In this document: piece after piece, positions 1 to 9,717 of the stretch
How positions within the stretch are numbered: the stretch's first letter is position 1
Layout: each line of letters begins with the position of its first letter
Source of the DNA: an uncultured Chloroflexia bacterium
Lineage (GTDB): Bacteria > Chloroflexota > Ktedonobacteria > Ktedonobacterales > JADMIN01
Length of the DNA stretch: 32,000 nucleotides
Assembly: GCA_963718915.1 (NCBI GenBank)
Contig: CAVRAI010000015.1
Span: 960,001-992,000 of the forward strand
Direction of reading: 5' to 3'
Position numbers and translations under genes: made by a program
The notes under the pieces: generated by a model
Database searches by the model: none
Told to the model about the DNA's origin: nothing
Seen by the model: the letters and a program-made list of their open reading frames with translations, nothing else

Positions 1-414
1 CCAGAGCTGACCACGGGCGTTCATGCCGAGACCAGTCGCGCCGGTACCCGCGATGACGACAACGCCCGGCTGGGCCTCGGTAGCTCCGGCCCACGCGCCC
101 ACGACATCGTTCTCGATGATGGTTGGGCCGGTATAGCCCAGCGAACGTGCGGCGCGTTGTGGTACGGGCAGATCCAGGTCGGTATCGAATCCGGCGAGGC
201 ACAGCGTAATCGCCGCAATTTGGGCAAGCGGCATGTTGGCGGCAAGCAGCGCGCCGTTGATCGCATGCGCAATATTTGTGCTGGCAGCCTCCATCCCAAC
301 AGAACGTTGGTTGGCGGGTCCACTGGTGGCGGCGCCGACGACCCCGACATTCTCACCAAACACCGCCACGTTCGTCTTCGTTCCGCCGCCATCGACGCCT
401 ATGACATAGCGCAT
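1..414 (-). CDS. BadF/BadG/BcrA/BcrD-type ATPase (N-acetylglucosamine kinase-like), partial; C-terminus runs off the window
   Basis: Manual minus-strand translation from the ATG (cat at 412-414) gives MRYVIGVDGGGTKTNVAVFGENVGVVGAATSGPANQRSVGMEAA...VVVIAGTGATGLGMNARGQLW. The frame is open to position 1. GVDGGGTKT is the ASKHA phosphate-1 motif. The ORF is missing from the track because it has no stop inside the window. Confidence 0.75.
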   Translation of the reverse strand, partial: MRYVIGVDGGGTKTNVAVFGENVGVVGAATSGPANQRSVGMEAASTNIAHAINGALLAANMPLAQIAAITLCLAGFDTDLDLPVPQRAARSLGYTGPTIIENDVVGAWAGATEAQPGVVVIAGTGATGLGMNARGQLW

Positions 415-447
415 GCCGACCTCCCGGGCATCTACCATTTCCGTCGC

Positions 448-1359
448 TCAATCTTCTGTTGCTGTCACCTGTCGTACCTGTATCGTTCCAGCAAATGCCT
501 GCTGTACTACCGCTTCGATATCCTGTTCGTCCAGCGGTTGGCAACTTGCCCTTGCGGCCAGTCTGAGCAGCAGCAGGTATTCGTGGTTGCCATCGCGCCC
601 GGTGATGGGCGACGCAAGCAGTCCGCAGGGTATCAAGCGTCTTCCATCTGTAGCGGCCGTTGCATCACCCGTCACCCACGACAGCAACTCACGCAAGACT
701 CGCCGATGCACCGCTGGCTCACGAATGACGCCGCCGCCACGATTAGCCTCAGCGCGCCCAGCCTCGAATTGCGGCTTCACCAGCGCGACTACCCATCCTT
801 CGGGCTTCACCAGCGTCAAGACGCGCGGCAACACCAGCCGTAACGAGATAAATGACACATCGATGACTGCGCAATCGACGAGTTCTGGCAGTGCCTCGAG
901 ATGGCGGATGTTGGTGCGCTCCATCACTGTCACTCGCGGATCATTGCGCAACGTCCATGCCAACTGGCCATGCCCAACATCCACCGCATAGATGCGCACC
1001 GCGCCGCGCTGGAGCAGCAGATCAGTGAATCCGCCCGTCGAGGCGCCGATATCCGCACAGGTATAGCCGGTGGGGTCGAGGTGAAAGGCATCGAGCGCGC
1101 GCTCCAGTTTGAGGCCGCCTCTGCTGACAAACCGTGACTCGCTGGCGGTGGCGGCCCGCTCAATGGTGGCATCCGCGGCGATAAGCGTTCCGGCTTTTGT
1201 CACCATCTGGCCAGCGACGCGCACCTCACCCGCCATGATGAGTGCCCGCGCTCGTTCGCGGTTTGGCGCAAGCCCACGCGCCACCAGCAGCACATCCAAC
1301 CGCTCGCGCGTAGGTTTCGAACGCGCAGCATCCCAGGATTTCCGCCCCTCAGTGCCCAT
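448..1359 (-). CDS. tlyA: TlyA-family rRNA 2'-O-methyltransferase (S4 domain + FtsJ-like methyltransferase)
   Basis: 303-aa ORF. It has an S4-like N-terminus (RLDVLLVARGLAPNRERARALIMAGEVRV), SRGGLKLERAL, and the SAM-binding motif DIGASTGGFTDLLLQRGA. Confidence 0.85.
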   Translation of the reverse strand: MGTEGRKSWDAARSKPTRERLDVLLVARGLAPNRERARALIMAGEVRVAGQMVTKAGTLIAADATIERAATASESRFVSRGGLKLERALDAFHLDPTGYTCADIGASTGGFTDLLLQRGAVRIYAVDVGHGQLAWTLRNDPRVTVMERTNIRHLEALPELVDCAVIDVSFISLRLVLPRVLTLVKPEGWVVALVKPQFEAGRAEANRGGGVIREPAVHRRVLRELLSWVTGDATAATDGRRLIPCGLLASPITGRDGNHEYLLLLRLAARASCQPLDEQDIEAVVQQAFAGTIQVRQVTATED

Positions 1360-1528
1360 TGTCTTAATCTACTCAATCCGCGATAGTTCTAAATTCAGTA
1401 ATGTGCCAGGCAAGCCGCCACACATCGTAGCGGATGGCGCTCATATCATGCGCCATTGCCCCTTTGTCACGGATTTCAGCCTGGCGCTATTATCACTTTC
1501 GCACATTTCGGTCAATTCAGCGAATGCA

Positions 1529-1867
1529 TTATGTACGGGTGAACCAGAGGTCGGAATCCATCAGTGCGAGGTAATCACCCTCAACGATGTACAGGCCATC
1601 CTGGTAGGCTATCAGGCCATCAATATCATGCGCGATAATGCGTACCCAGAGGTCAAAGTCAGCTCGCACGGCGACCGATGGAGCTGGGTGCTGCCCACGC
1701 GCCACCTGAATCTCGCCCGCGGCAATGACCGCATGGCAGATGCCCTGCTCTCGACCAGAAAATTCATATTGCAGTACCAGTGAACGGTCGCCTGCCGCGG
1801 TAGGCTCAAAGCCTGTTTTCATGGCGAGAAGATAATCATCAATGGTCCGAATCGCCACAGCGTCCAT
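1529..1867 (-). CDS. SCP2 sterol-binding-domain-like small protein
   Basis: The listed ORF 1529..2227 overlaps the divergent RNase H gene. The internal ATG at 1867 gives 112 aa, MDAVAIRTIDDYLLAMKTGFEP...LVLQYEFSG...ADFDLWVRIIAHDIDGLIAYQDGLYIVEGDYLALM. This matches the typical SCP2 pattern. Confidence 0.6.
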   Translation of the reverse strand: MDAVAIRTIDDYLLAMKTGFEPTAAGDRSLVLQYEFSGREQGICHAVIAAGEIQVARGQHPAPSVAVRADFDLWVRIIAHDIDGLIAYQDGLYIVEGDYLALMDSDLWFTRT

Positions 1868-2089
1868 CCTCCCCACTGCCCTCCCGCGATCACAACGCCC
1901 GACGGCGCCACGATTGTCGCATTTCCTCATGTCTACAATAGCTGCCAGAGTTGCAAGACACATTTCCCAGAGGCGCTGGCAAGTCTGCCCTGTTTCAGTG
2001 AGCCATGGTATCATACTTGGGCACACTTGTGTGTACTTGATGTGCATCAAATTTGCATCAAATCTATTCGGAAAGGCGCGAGTACACTG

Positions 2090-2539
2090 GTGAGCGACGA
2101 ATCGACGAAAGACGCCGGAACAGGCGAGCGACTGGTGCTGCGCACTGATGGCGCGTCGCGCGGCAACCCTGGGCCAGCAGCTGCCGGGATCGTCATCGAG
2201 CGCGCGGATGGCGCCATCCTCACACAACTCGGGCAGTATCTGGGTGAGATGCCAAACAACCAGGCAGAGTATCGCGCGCTCATTCTGGGGCTGACTATGG
2301 TGACCGGTTATCAGCCCGCTGTGGTGGATATCTACATGGATAGTGAGCTGGTTGTCCGCCAGATGACCGGCGTGTATCGGGTACGCGACGCGACGTTACA
2401 GCAGCTCTATCGAGAAGCAATGGCGCTGGTAGAGGCGCTGCCTCACGTCACCTTCACCCATATACGGCGCGCCCAAAACGCACTGGCAGACCGATTGGCT
2501 AATCAGGCGCTGAACGAGCAAAGACGCGCGCATTATTAG
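2090..2539 (+). CDS. rnhA: Ribonuclease HI family protein
   Basis: LVLRTDGASRGNPGPAAAGIVI...NNQAEYRALILGL...DSELVVRQMTG...RRAQNALADRLAN is the RNase H fold DEDD pattern. The start is uncertain: GTG 2090 is used here, with TTG 2027 or GTG 2042 as in-frame alternatives. Confidence 0.8.
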   Translation: MSDESTKDAGTGERLVLRTDGASRGNPGPAAAGIVIERADGAILTQLGQYLGEMPNNQAEYRALILGLTMVTGYQPAVVDIYMDSELVVRQMTGVYRVRDATLQQLYREAMALVEALPHVTFTHIRRAQNALADRLANQALNEQRRAHY

Positions 2540-2584
2540 TACGGCTGCTGAGCGCGCCGAATTGCGACGACCGGAAGGAAGTGT

Positions 2585-3682
2585 ATGGCACAAGCACCTG
2601 CCAGTGCGACGCCGACCTGGCCCGCGCCTCGCAAAGGCGTCCAGCCAGCAACCCGCCTCAGCCAATTGCGCCGCCTCGGCATCGTTGCTCTGGTCGTGCT
2701 AGTAGCGCTGCTCAGCATCGTCGGTCTTACGCTCGCACGGTTGAATGCCACGGTGACCAGCTACCCTGGCTCGCACTTCAACCAGGGGAAGAATGCGGTC
2801 TGGCTGGAGCATACATGGGTTGGCGATGTCCATGGTAGCGAGGACTTTGATGCCCTGGCCGACCAGCTCGAGCGCGAGCAGATACACTATGTCTATGCCC
2901 ACGTCGGCCCCATGAAGAGCGATGGGAGCATCCCAGACTCGCTGGCGCCCCAAGCAGCCGCGTTCACGGAACAATTGCATGTGCGACTCCCCAACCTCCA
3001 GGTGCTGGCGTGGATTGGCCAGCTGGAGGTGGCCAGTGGTGAGCCGGACAATGAGACGGTGAACCTCGCCGACTCACAGGTGCGCGCGGGCATTGTGCAG
3101 ACTGCTGTCCGTTTCGTGCGCGACTTCGGCTTCGACGGCGTCCACTACGACATCGAACCGATCACGAATAACAATAGCCATTTCCTCGACCTGCTGAGCG
3201 AGACCCGCGCCGCGCTACCATCTGGAGCGATGCTCTCGATCTCGGCGCAGAAGTGGGCGCCCAACGCGCATATTGCCGACTGGGCGCATGATGTTGGCAA
3301 AGCGGGCGCATGGTGGACCTCGTATTACTTTTCCAGGGTGGCGGAATACGTCGATCAGCTTGTTGTCATGACCTACAATACCGCCATGCCGACGGCGAGT
3401 CTTTATTCGCTGGCGGTGAAGCAGGAAACAGCCAATATTCTGGATGCGGTGCGCACCGCTCATCATGTCCCTCAGGTCTTGATGGGTGTGCCAACCTACA
3501 GTGGTAGCGATTTCTGGTATCACGATTCGGCGGAGCATATGTCTTCGGGCCTGGAGGGCATCACTGCCGGGCTGAATAGCAATCGCGAGACATCCCCATT
3601 TATCGGCGTGGCTATCTACCGCCTGGCGACCACCAGCCAGGCAGAATGGAAAGACTACGAGCGCCTCTGGCTCGGCGATTGA
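2585..3682 (+). CDS. Membrane-anchored glycoside-hydrolase-family-18-like protein
   Basis: 365-aa ORF with an SD (ggaaggaag) upstream and an N-terminal TM segment (LGIVALVVLVALLSIVGLTL). FGFDGVHYDIEP resembles the GH18 DxxDxDxE catalytic motif. The family call is tentative. Confidence 0.55.
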   Translation: MAQAPASATPTWPAPRKGVQPATRLSQLRRLGIVALVVLVALLSIVGLTLARLNATVTSYPGSHFNQGKNAVWLEHTWVGDVHGSEDFDALADQLEREQIHYVYAHVGPMKSDGSIPDSLAPQAAAFTEQLHVRLPNLQVLAWIGQLEVASGEPDNETVNLADSQVRAGIVQTAVRFVRDFGFDGVHYDIEPITNNNSHFLDLLSETRAALPSGAMLSISAQKWAPNAHIADWAHDVGKAGAWWTSYYFSRVAEYVDQLVVMTYNTAMPTASLYSLAVKQETANILDAVRTAHHVPQVLMGVPTYSGSDFWYHDSAEHMSSGLEGITAGLNSNRETSPFIGVAIYRLATTSQAEWKDYERLWLGD

Positions 3683-3840
3683 CCATCGATCAGAGCCAGC
3701 GTCCGGTACTTTTGTCCCGCGTGCATGCATATCGCGCGTAACTATGAGAACCTCTGCAATGAGGAACCCCTATGGATGAGTGGTGACAATTCTGATGCTC
3801 ATCGGCCACCCCGGCCGGTGGGTGTTGTACGAGGTGGAGC

Positions 3841-4956
3841 ATGAGCTGGACATCAGACGGCAACGATAATCAGCAATTCTGGGACGAAGACGCAGCGGAT
3901 GCGGCCAACGACCAGCTACCCGTCGGCAGTGGAGCAGGCGATGGCTCTATCCGGGGGGTAGTCGCGCAGGATTTTTCAACGCGCCGATTGCCCGCGATTA
4001 GTGATACGCAAAAAGCGCCCGTCATTGTCCGCGGGAGCGGTGTCTCGATGGGTAAGCCGTTCATCAAGCGCCGCGAGCGTCCGCTGACACTGCGCATTGC
4101 GGTGCTGACGCTGATGGCATGCATCTTGATCACAGGCATCTTTGCCATTTATCCTCTCGGCACAGGCCAGGCGAGCGGAGGAACCGCGTTCCAGGCATTG
4201 GCCAGTTCCATGATCTGGAACCAGCAGCCAAAGTATTTCTACTACACTACGATCCAGGGCGATACACCTGAAGGCATCGCCAAGAAATTCAAGGTGCAGA
4301 TCGGTGGGTTCTACGAGTTGAATGCTCTCTATGCCGGTGAAGAAATCAGCATCGGTGTCGCCTATAAGATTGCCGAAGACCCCAGCTATGGCAAAGGCTA
4401 TGTGCCGTCTGCTATTCCATACCTCCAGGCGGCCCATTACGGTACCACGCGTTTCGGCCCGAACTGGTGGGACTCGAACGCTGGTGTCGATATCCCCAGT
4501 GAGTCGCTCTGTGGGCCGAACGGTGGCAGCGATCCGCTTGCCTACAAGCTGACCTCGCCAAATTGGAATTCCTACTGGGTGCGTGGCTACATCGTCTATG
4601 GCACATGGGTCTATCATACCGGTGTCGATCTCGCGGCAGCGGAGGGGAATCCAATCCACGCCGCACAGCAGGGGCAGGTCATCTGGGCGGGTTATGATGC
4701 CACGAACGGCCTGGGGTGGTCTGTGAAGATCGACCACTGCAACCACCTCTCAACGGTCTATGGCCACATGGACAAGCTGCTCGTCTCTGTGGGCCAGTAT
4801 GTCACGCAGGGCCAGCCAATTGGACTGGAAGGCTCGACAGGTAACTCAACCGGCCCACACCTGCACTTCATGGTTGAGTGGAACAATCTGTGGCTCGATC
4901 CGATGCTGTACTACGTCAGCAAGTACACCATCTCCCACTACGTTGCCGCGTCGTGA
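3841..4956 (+). CDS. LysM domain + M23 family metallopeptidase (cell-wall endopeptidase), membrane anchored
   Basis: SD gaggtggag precedes the ATG, and there is a TM segment (LRIAVLTLMACILITGIFAI). It has a LysM-like segment (YYTTIQGDTPEGIAKKFKVQIGGFYELN). M23 motifs are HTGVDL (HxxxD) and GPHLHF (HxH). Confidence 0.85.
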   Translation: MSWTSDGNDNQQFWDEDAADAANDQLPVGSGAGDGSIRGVVAQDFSTRRLPAISDTQKAPVIVRGSGVSMGKPFIKRRERPLTLRIAVLTLMACILITGIFAIYPLGTGQASGGTAFQALASSMIWNQQPKYFYYTTIQGDTPEGIAKKFKVQIGGFYELNALYAGEEISIGVAYKIAEDPSYGKGYVPSAIPYLQAAHYGTTRFGPNWWDSNAGVDIPSESLCGPNGGSDPLAYKLTSPNWNSYWVRGYIVYGTWVYHTGVDLAAAEGNPIHAAQQGQVIWAGYDATNGLGWSVKIDHCNHLSTVYGHMDKLLVSVGQYVTQGQPIGLEGSTGNSTGPHLHFMVEWNNLWLDPMLYYVSKYTISHYVAAS

Positions 4957-5096
4957 AGCTCTCGTTGGGTGTGCGATGTGGCCGTTCTCGATGCGTCGCG
5001 CGGTCTATGGCAAGCTGTGGCAACACGCGGCGTCGGTGAGCCGTAGATATGCCAGAGATTTCATGTACTGCGCGAGGTGGGGAATAGAAACGGTCC

Positions 5097-6497
5097 ATGG
5101 CTGAAGAAGTAGACTACTACGCGGTTCTGGGACTTCCTCCAAGTGCTGACGACGCGACGATCCGGCTGGCCTACCGCCGTCTGGCACGACGCTACCATCC
5201 AGATATTGCCGGAGATGAGAACCTGCATCTGATGCAGACGCTCAATCAGGCGTATCGGACACTGAGCGACCCGGAGCGCCGTCGTCTCTATGACGCCAGC
5301 CGCCCCCCTCCCCTGCCAGTGAGCGACCTAGAGCCGCTCCATACCGCGCCACCGCCACTGGAACGGCCACCGCAACAGGCGCGCCCACCGACACAGACTG
5401 CCCGACGTTCCGAATCGGTGACCGCCAGCATTGGCCCATTACGTCGCCTCGCGGTCTTCAACGATGGCCAGGCGGGCGCCGTCGTCTCGGTCGCACTGGC
5501 GCAGGGTGGCGCGGTGACGGCTGTGGGGCATATTGATGGCCAGATCGCGCTCTGGAACAGCACGCAGGATCGCCCGGTGGCGCGGCTGGCGCTGGGTGCG
5601 CCCGGACAAGCAGGCACGCTGAGCGAGGTGCGTCTCTCGGCTGACGCGGCGCTGGTGATGGCGTGGGGATTCGCGCTGGGCCTCGCCGTCTGGCATGTGG
5701 GCGATGGGGCGCGGCGTTGGTCGAGCCAGATGAATGCGCCGTCGGGTCTGATGGATGCCGTCTTTCTGCCCCATCCCGCGGGACTGCTGCGGCTGGCGCT
5801 GCCCGACGCTCCTCAGGCGCTGGCTGATAGCGATCCGTTTTACTGGGCGGATCGTGGGCGGGGCGGCACTGCCATCTATACCCGACCGCTGCCGGCTAGC
5901 GGGCCGATCCATCCGGGATGGGCCACTCCGCTCTGCTGCTACGAGGATGCGTCTGGTCGACAAAAGCATCCCGAGACGGTTCCCTGGCAGATCAGAGAAC
6001 GGGTACTCTCAGTTGATGGCCGTCGGCTCTTGACGTTTTCGACTGGTCGGCCTGAGGGCAGGCCCCGCTCGCAGATTCTGCGCCTGTGGGATATCGAGGC
6101 GCGCTCGCACCGGGGAACCGTCGAGCCACGGCGCATTGCCGAGGTGATCGAGCCTGACGGCAGATTGCTGTTCCCACTGGCGGCTACGCCCGACCTCGCC
6201 GTCGTTGCCCTGGCGGATTTCCTGGGTCACATGCAGATTCGTTCGCTCGACGGGCGCGTGCGCCGCAGTGTAGCGACTGGCCCTGTGCCGATCGATGCGT
6301 TCGCCGCGTTGACATCAGACGCCGCTTTGCTGGCGCTTGCCCATGGGCAGCGCCTTGACCTCTGGGACACTCGAACCGGCCAGCATCTGCAGAACTGGCA
6401 ACTGACCGCGCCACTCACCGCGCTTTCCTTCGCCCCCGTTGCGCACCCCGTGCTGGCGCTTGGTCTGCCCAATGGGCAGACGGAAATGTGGGGCTAG
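5097..6497 (+). CDS. J-domain (DnaJ-like) protein with Pro-rich linker and C-terminal WD40-like beta-propeller repeats
   Basis: The N-terminus DYYAVLGLPPSADDATIRLAYRRLARRYHPDI...LNQAYRTLSDPERRRLYD is a J domain with HPD. The C-terminal part has recurring hydrophobic-W-D/N motifs (IALWNS, LRLWDIEA, LDLWDTRTGQ, TEMWG). Confidence 0.75.
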   Translation: MAEEVDYYAVLGLPPSADDATIRLAYRRLARRYHPDIAGDENLHLMQTLNQAYRTLSDPERRRLYDASRPPPLPVSDLEPLHTAPPPLERPPQQARPPTQTARRSESVTASIGPLRRLAVFNDGQAGAVVSVALAQGGAVTAVGHIDGQIALWNSTQDRPVARLALGAPGQAGTLSEVRLSADAALVMAWGFALGLAVWHVGDGARRWSSQMNAPSGLMDAVFLPHPAGLLRLALPDAPQALADSDPFYWADRGRGGTAIYTRPLPASGPIHPGWATPLCCYEDASGRQKHPETVPWQIRERVLSVDGRRLLTFSTGRPEGRPRSQILRLWDIEARSHRGTVEPRRIAEVIEPDGRLLFPLAATPDLAVVALADFLGHMQIRSLDGRVRRSVATGPVPIDAFAALTSDAALLALAHGQRLDLWDTRTGQHLQNWQLTAPLTALSFAPVAHPVLALGLPNGQTEMWG

Positions 6498-6651
6498 CGC
6501 TCCGTTGCGCCTCTCTCGTCTCTTCCGTCGCTGGCAGCGGCGAGCGGGTGAATGATAGAGTTACAATGTCTAGAGAGGTCAGCATGGGCCAGTATGCAAG
6601 AGCCGTCGCTGGCCTGTGGACAACCGGAAGGCGACGGAAGGAGCAAACGAG

Positions 6652-7161
6652 ATGGCAGATGGCAATCACGCGGCTGGTGGCAAGCCAAAGATTCTTGGAG
6701 TGCCTCACGAGATGACCGATGACGAGGCGGAGGGCATCTCGCAGATGATCCAGGAGGCCCAGCACTCCGCCCGCCAGCAGACGATCCCCGCCGATGACCT
6801 TGCCGAGAGTGCCACAACTAGCATGCGGCCCGAGGTCGAGCGTGTCGTCGCGGCCAGCCATGTGCGCGACATTCTACGCAAGTTCAATCGTGAATTTCTC
6901 TACAGCCAGGGGCGCTTCGACGAGTATGCGGGGGGGCTGTTGCTCAAATGGGGCGACGGCTACTCGCGGAAACACATCTGGATCACCGTCGAAGGCGATA
7001 ACCTTGTCTTCCAGACAAGCCACGAGCGCTCCTGCGGCAAGAGCGTCTGCGCCAATGGTCACCACAGCTATCCGCCGGATATGTGGCGCGATCCACGTGT
7101 CATCAACGAAGAGCTGGCGGAGCAGTTCCGCCGCCCGGTGCAAGAAAGCAGCGACGACTAA
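6652..7161 (+). CDS. Hypothetical protein (acidic N-terminus, Cys/His-containing C-terminal half)
   Basis: The ORF is open from GTG 6616. ATG 6652 is preceded by SD ggaaggag 7 nt upstream. No family was recognised. Confidence 0.5.
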   Translation: MADGNHAAGGKPKILGVPHEMTDDEAEGISQMIQEAQHSARQQTIPADDLAESATTSMRPEVERVVAASHVRDILRKFNREFLYSQGRFDEYAGGLLLKWGDGYSRKHIWITVEGDNLVFQTSHERSCGKSVCANGHHSYPPDMWRDPRVINEELAEQFRRPVQESSDD

Positions 7162-7224
7162 CAGCGTGACGCATGGCCCAGCGTGTATGCTGACGACGTA
7201 TGGCTAACTGAGAGGACAATCGGT

Positions 7225-7647
7225 ATGCGGGAGCCTGGTGAGTCCGCGACATCGTTGAAACCGGTCATACTGCTCGATACCGACCTCTTTTTCGTCGTCA
7301 AGGTGCGCACGACGCTCCAGCACGCGGGCTACGACGTACGTACGGCGCGTTCGCTGGCCGATTTCACGCGGCGACTGGCGGCGGATGCTCCGGTGCTGGC
7401 GCTGGTGAATACCGCTATCGCTGGCGTCGATTGGCGCGCGGCAATCGTGGCAGCGCGTGAGGCGAGACTCCCGGTGATCGCCTTCGGTTCGCATGTCGAT
7501 CTGGAGACGCAGCAGGCGGCGCGCGATGCTGGCGCTACGCGCGTTATCGCGAACTCGAAGCTGGCCGCCGATCTCCCTGGCATCGTGGCGCGGACACTGC
7601 AAGCGTCATCCCCCAGAACCGATTCCGCGCCATCCGCCGAGACGTGA
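7225..7647 (+). CDS. Receiver (REC/CheY)-like single-domain protein, apparently lacking the phospho-acceptor Asp
   Basis: ATG 7225 has SD gagagga upstream. The alpha/beta pattern is VILLDTDLFF...VLALVNTAIAGVDW...PVIAFGSH...RVIANSKL. By-eye alignment to CheY puts Asn where Asp57 would be. Confidence 0.55.
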   Translation: MREPGESATSLKPVILLDTDLFFVVKVRTTLQHAGYDVRTARSLADFTRRLAADAPVLALVNTAIAGVDWRAAIVAAREARLPVIAFGSHVDLETQQAARDAGATRVIANSKLAADLPGIVARTLQASSPRTDSAPSAET

Positions 7648-7735
7648 TCTATTTACGGTCATCTATCGTTTATCGCTGAATCTGCTGGATTCGGCTGATT
7701 TGATTGTTTCGCAGTTCAGGAGGATATCCGAAGCG

Positions 7736-9622
7736 ATGAGTATTACCGCACAGACCGACCCCGCCACGTTGAACCAGTGGCACGAACTGGCGCAACAATT
7801 GCGCGTGGATAGCATCCGCTGCAGCACGCAGGCGGGATCTGGGCACCCAACCTCATCCATGTCGGCGGCTGATCTGATGGCCGTGTTGATGAGCGAGTAT
7901 CTCCACTACGATTTTGCGAATCCCCACAATCCCAACAACGATCACCTCATCTTCTCGAAGGGGCATGCCTCGCCGTTGCTCTACTCAATCTACAAGGCTG
8001 CGGGCGCCGTCTCCGATGAGGAGTTCATGACGCTCCGCCAGCGTGGCAGCCGCATGGAAGGTCATCCGACGCCGGTGCTGCCGTGGGTGGATGTGGCCAC
8101 CGGTTCGCTCGGCCAGGGTCTGCCTATCGGCGTTGGCGTTGGGATTGCGGGCAAGTATCTCGACAAGCTACCGTATCACGTCTGGGTCGTGCTGGGCGAT
8201 AGCGAGATGGCCGAAGGCTCGATCTGGGAGGCGCTGGAACTCGCCGGGCACTACCAGCTCAACAATCTAATCGGGATTCTCGATATGAACCGGCTAGGCC
8301 AGCGAGGCGAGACGATGCTCGGCTGGAATGGCGACGCCTATGCCGCGCGCGCGAAGGCATTTGACTGGTATACCATCGAGATCGATGGCCATGACTTGAG
8401 CCAGATCAACGACGCCTACCAGGAGGCGCTCCAGCAGGCAACCCAGCCGACGCTCATCATCGCCAGAACGGTCAAAGGCAAAGGCTTCCCGGAGATTGAG
8501 AATCAGAATGGCTGGCACGGCAAGGCGTTGCCAAAGGATATGGCTGAGCGGGCGATTGCCGGTCTGGGCGGTGAGCGCGATATCATCGTCAAGGTACACG
8601 CGCCCGACGCGCTTCAGCCCACGGCCCGTCCGAAGACGGAGCCGTTGCAATTGCCGACATATCCCAGTGGCACGCCGGTCGCCACACGCTCCGCCTATGG
8701 GGACGCGCTCAAGGCGCTTGGCGTGGCGCGCGCGGATGTTGTCGCCCTGGATGGCGAGGTCAGCAACTCGACCTATGCCGAGACGTTTGCCAAGGCCTTC
8801 CCCGACCGCTTCTTCGAGCAATACATTGCCGAGCAGCAGATGACCGCCGCAGCGATTGGCCTCCAGGTGCGTGGCTATGTGCCCTTCGCCTCGACCTTCG
8901 CGGCGTTCTTCAGCCGCGCCTACGACTTCATCCGTATGGCGGCGATCTCGCGCGCCAATATCCGCCTCTGCGGCTCGCACGCGGGCGTCTCGATTGGCGA
9001 GGATGGCCCCTCGCAGATGGCGCTCGAAGACCTGGCGATGATGCGCGCAGTGTACGGCAGCACCGTGCTCTATCCCAGCGACGCCAACCAGACAGCGCAA
9101 CTGGTGGCTGAGATGGCCGACCAGAAGGGCATCGTCTACCTGCGTACGACGCGTGAAAAGACGCCAATTCTCTACGGCCCGGATGAGCGCTTCCCGATTG
9201 GCGGCAGCCGGGTGCTGCGGCAGTCGGAGAGCGACCAGGTGACGGTGGTTGGCGCGGGCATCACGCTGCATGAGGCGCTCAAGGCGGCGGATACGCTCAA
9301 GAGTGCGGGCATCAACATCCGCGTGATCGACCTGTATAGTATCAAGCCGGTGGATGTGAAGACGCTCCGTGACGCAGCCAGCGCGACGGGCGGGCGTATC
9401 GTGACGGTGGAAGACCACTGGCGCGAGGGTGGCCTGGGCGCCGCCGTGCTGGATGCCTTCGCCGGAACCGACGAGCAACCGCCCGCCTCGGCTATGCCGA
9501 CGGTCGTCAAGCTGGCGGTGCATCACATGCCCGACTCTGCCACGCCCGACCAGGAGCTTGACGAGGCTGGCATCAACGCACCCGCGATTGTGACAGCGGT
9601 GAAAAAGTTGCTCGGCAAGTAG
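7736..9622 (+). CDS. tkt: Transketolase (single-chain, ~628 aa)
   Basis: The ORF is open from 7493, but ATG 7736 follows SD caggagga. The sequence reads MSITAQTD...QAGSGHPTSSMSAADL...GDSEMAEGSIWEA...EQYIAEQQM. TPP-binding and pyrimidine-binding motifs of transketolase are present. Confidence 0.9.
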   Translation: MSITAQTDPATLNQWHELAQQLRVDSIRCSTQAGSGHPTSSMSAADLMAVLMSEYLHYDFANPHNPNNDHLIFSKGHASPLLYSIYKAAGAVSDEEFMTLRQRGSRMEGHPTPVLPWVDVATGSLGQGLPIGVGVGIAGKYLDKLPYHVWVVLGDSEMAEGSIWEALELAGHYQLNNLIGILDMNRLGQRGETMLGWNGDAYAARAKAFDWYTIEIDGHDLSQINDAYQEALQQATQPTLIIARTVKGKGFPEIENQNGWHGKALPKDMAERAIAGLGGERDIIVKVHAPDALQPTARPKTEPLQLPTYPSGTPVATRSAYGDALKALGVARADVVALDGEVSNSTYAETFAKAFPDRFFEQYIAEQQMTAAAIGLQVRGYVPFASTFAAFFSRAYDFIRMAAISRANIRLCGSHAGVSIGEDGPSQMALEDLAMMRAVYGSTVLYPSDANQTAQLVAEMADQKGIVYLRTTREKTPILYGPDERFPIGGSRVLRQSESDQVTVVGAGITLHEALKAADTLKSAGINIRVIDLYSIKPVDVKTLRDAASATGGRIVTVEDHWREGGLGAAVLDAFAGTDEQPPASAMPTVVKLAVHHMPDSATPDQELDEAGINAPAIVTAVKKLLGK

Positions 9623-9652
9623 GCGGAACAGCCAGAGCCACATATACGTCTT

Positions 9653-9687
9653 AATCGGCAGGAGAGTATATTGCTCCCCTGCCGATT
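9653..9687 (+). terminator. Stem-loop downstream of tkt (possible terminator, no U-tract)
   Basis: aatcggcaggagag / tatattg / ctcccctgccgatt gives 14-nt arms with one mismatch, 31 nt after the tkt stop. It is not followed by a T-run. Confidence 0.35.
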
Positions 9688-9717
9688 CGTCTATGGTGTG
9701 CTGCGAGGGAGGGAGTC

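Noticed and set aside
7493-7735. An N-terminal extension of the transketolase ORF (81 extra residues, overlapping the REC-like gene).
   Set aside because: The extension is Arg/Pro-rich nonsense. A strong SD (caggagga) sits just before ATG 7736, where the conserved transketolase N-terminus begins.
8294-9643. A long antisense ORF (449 aa) opposite transketolase. Similar long ORFs lie opposite mfd (24553..25398, 23319..24035), the amidohydrolase (25991..26923), the M23 peptidase (3976..4746), tilS (12260..12850) and the TIR/FGE gene (17162..17875).
   Set aside because: Their Arg/Ala/Gly/His-rich, low-complexity translations have no motifs and fully overlap strongly supported genes. This is the typical stop-codon-poor antisense frame of high-GC DNA.
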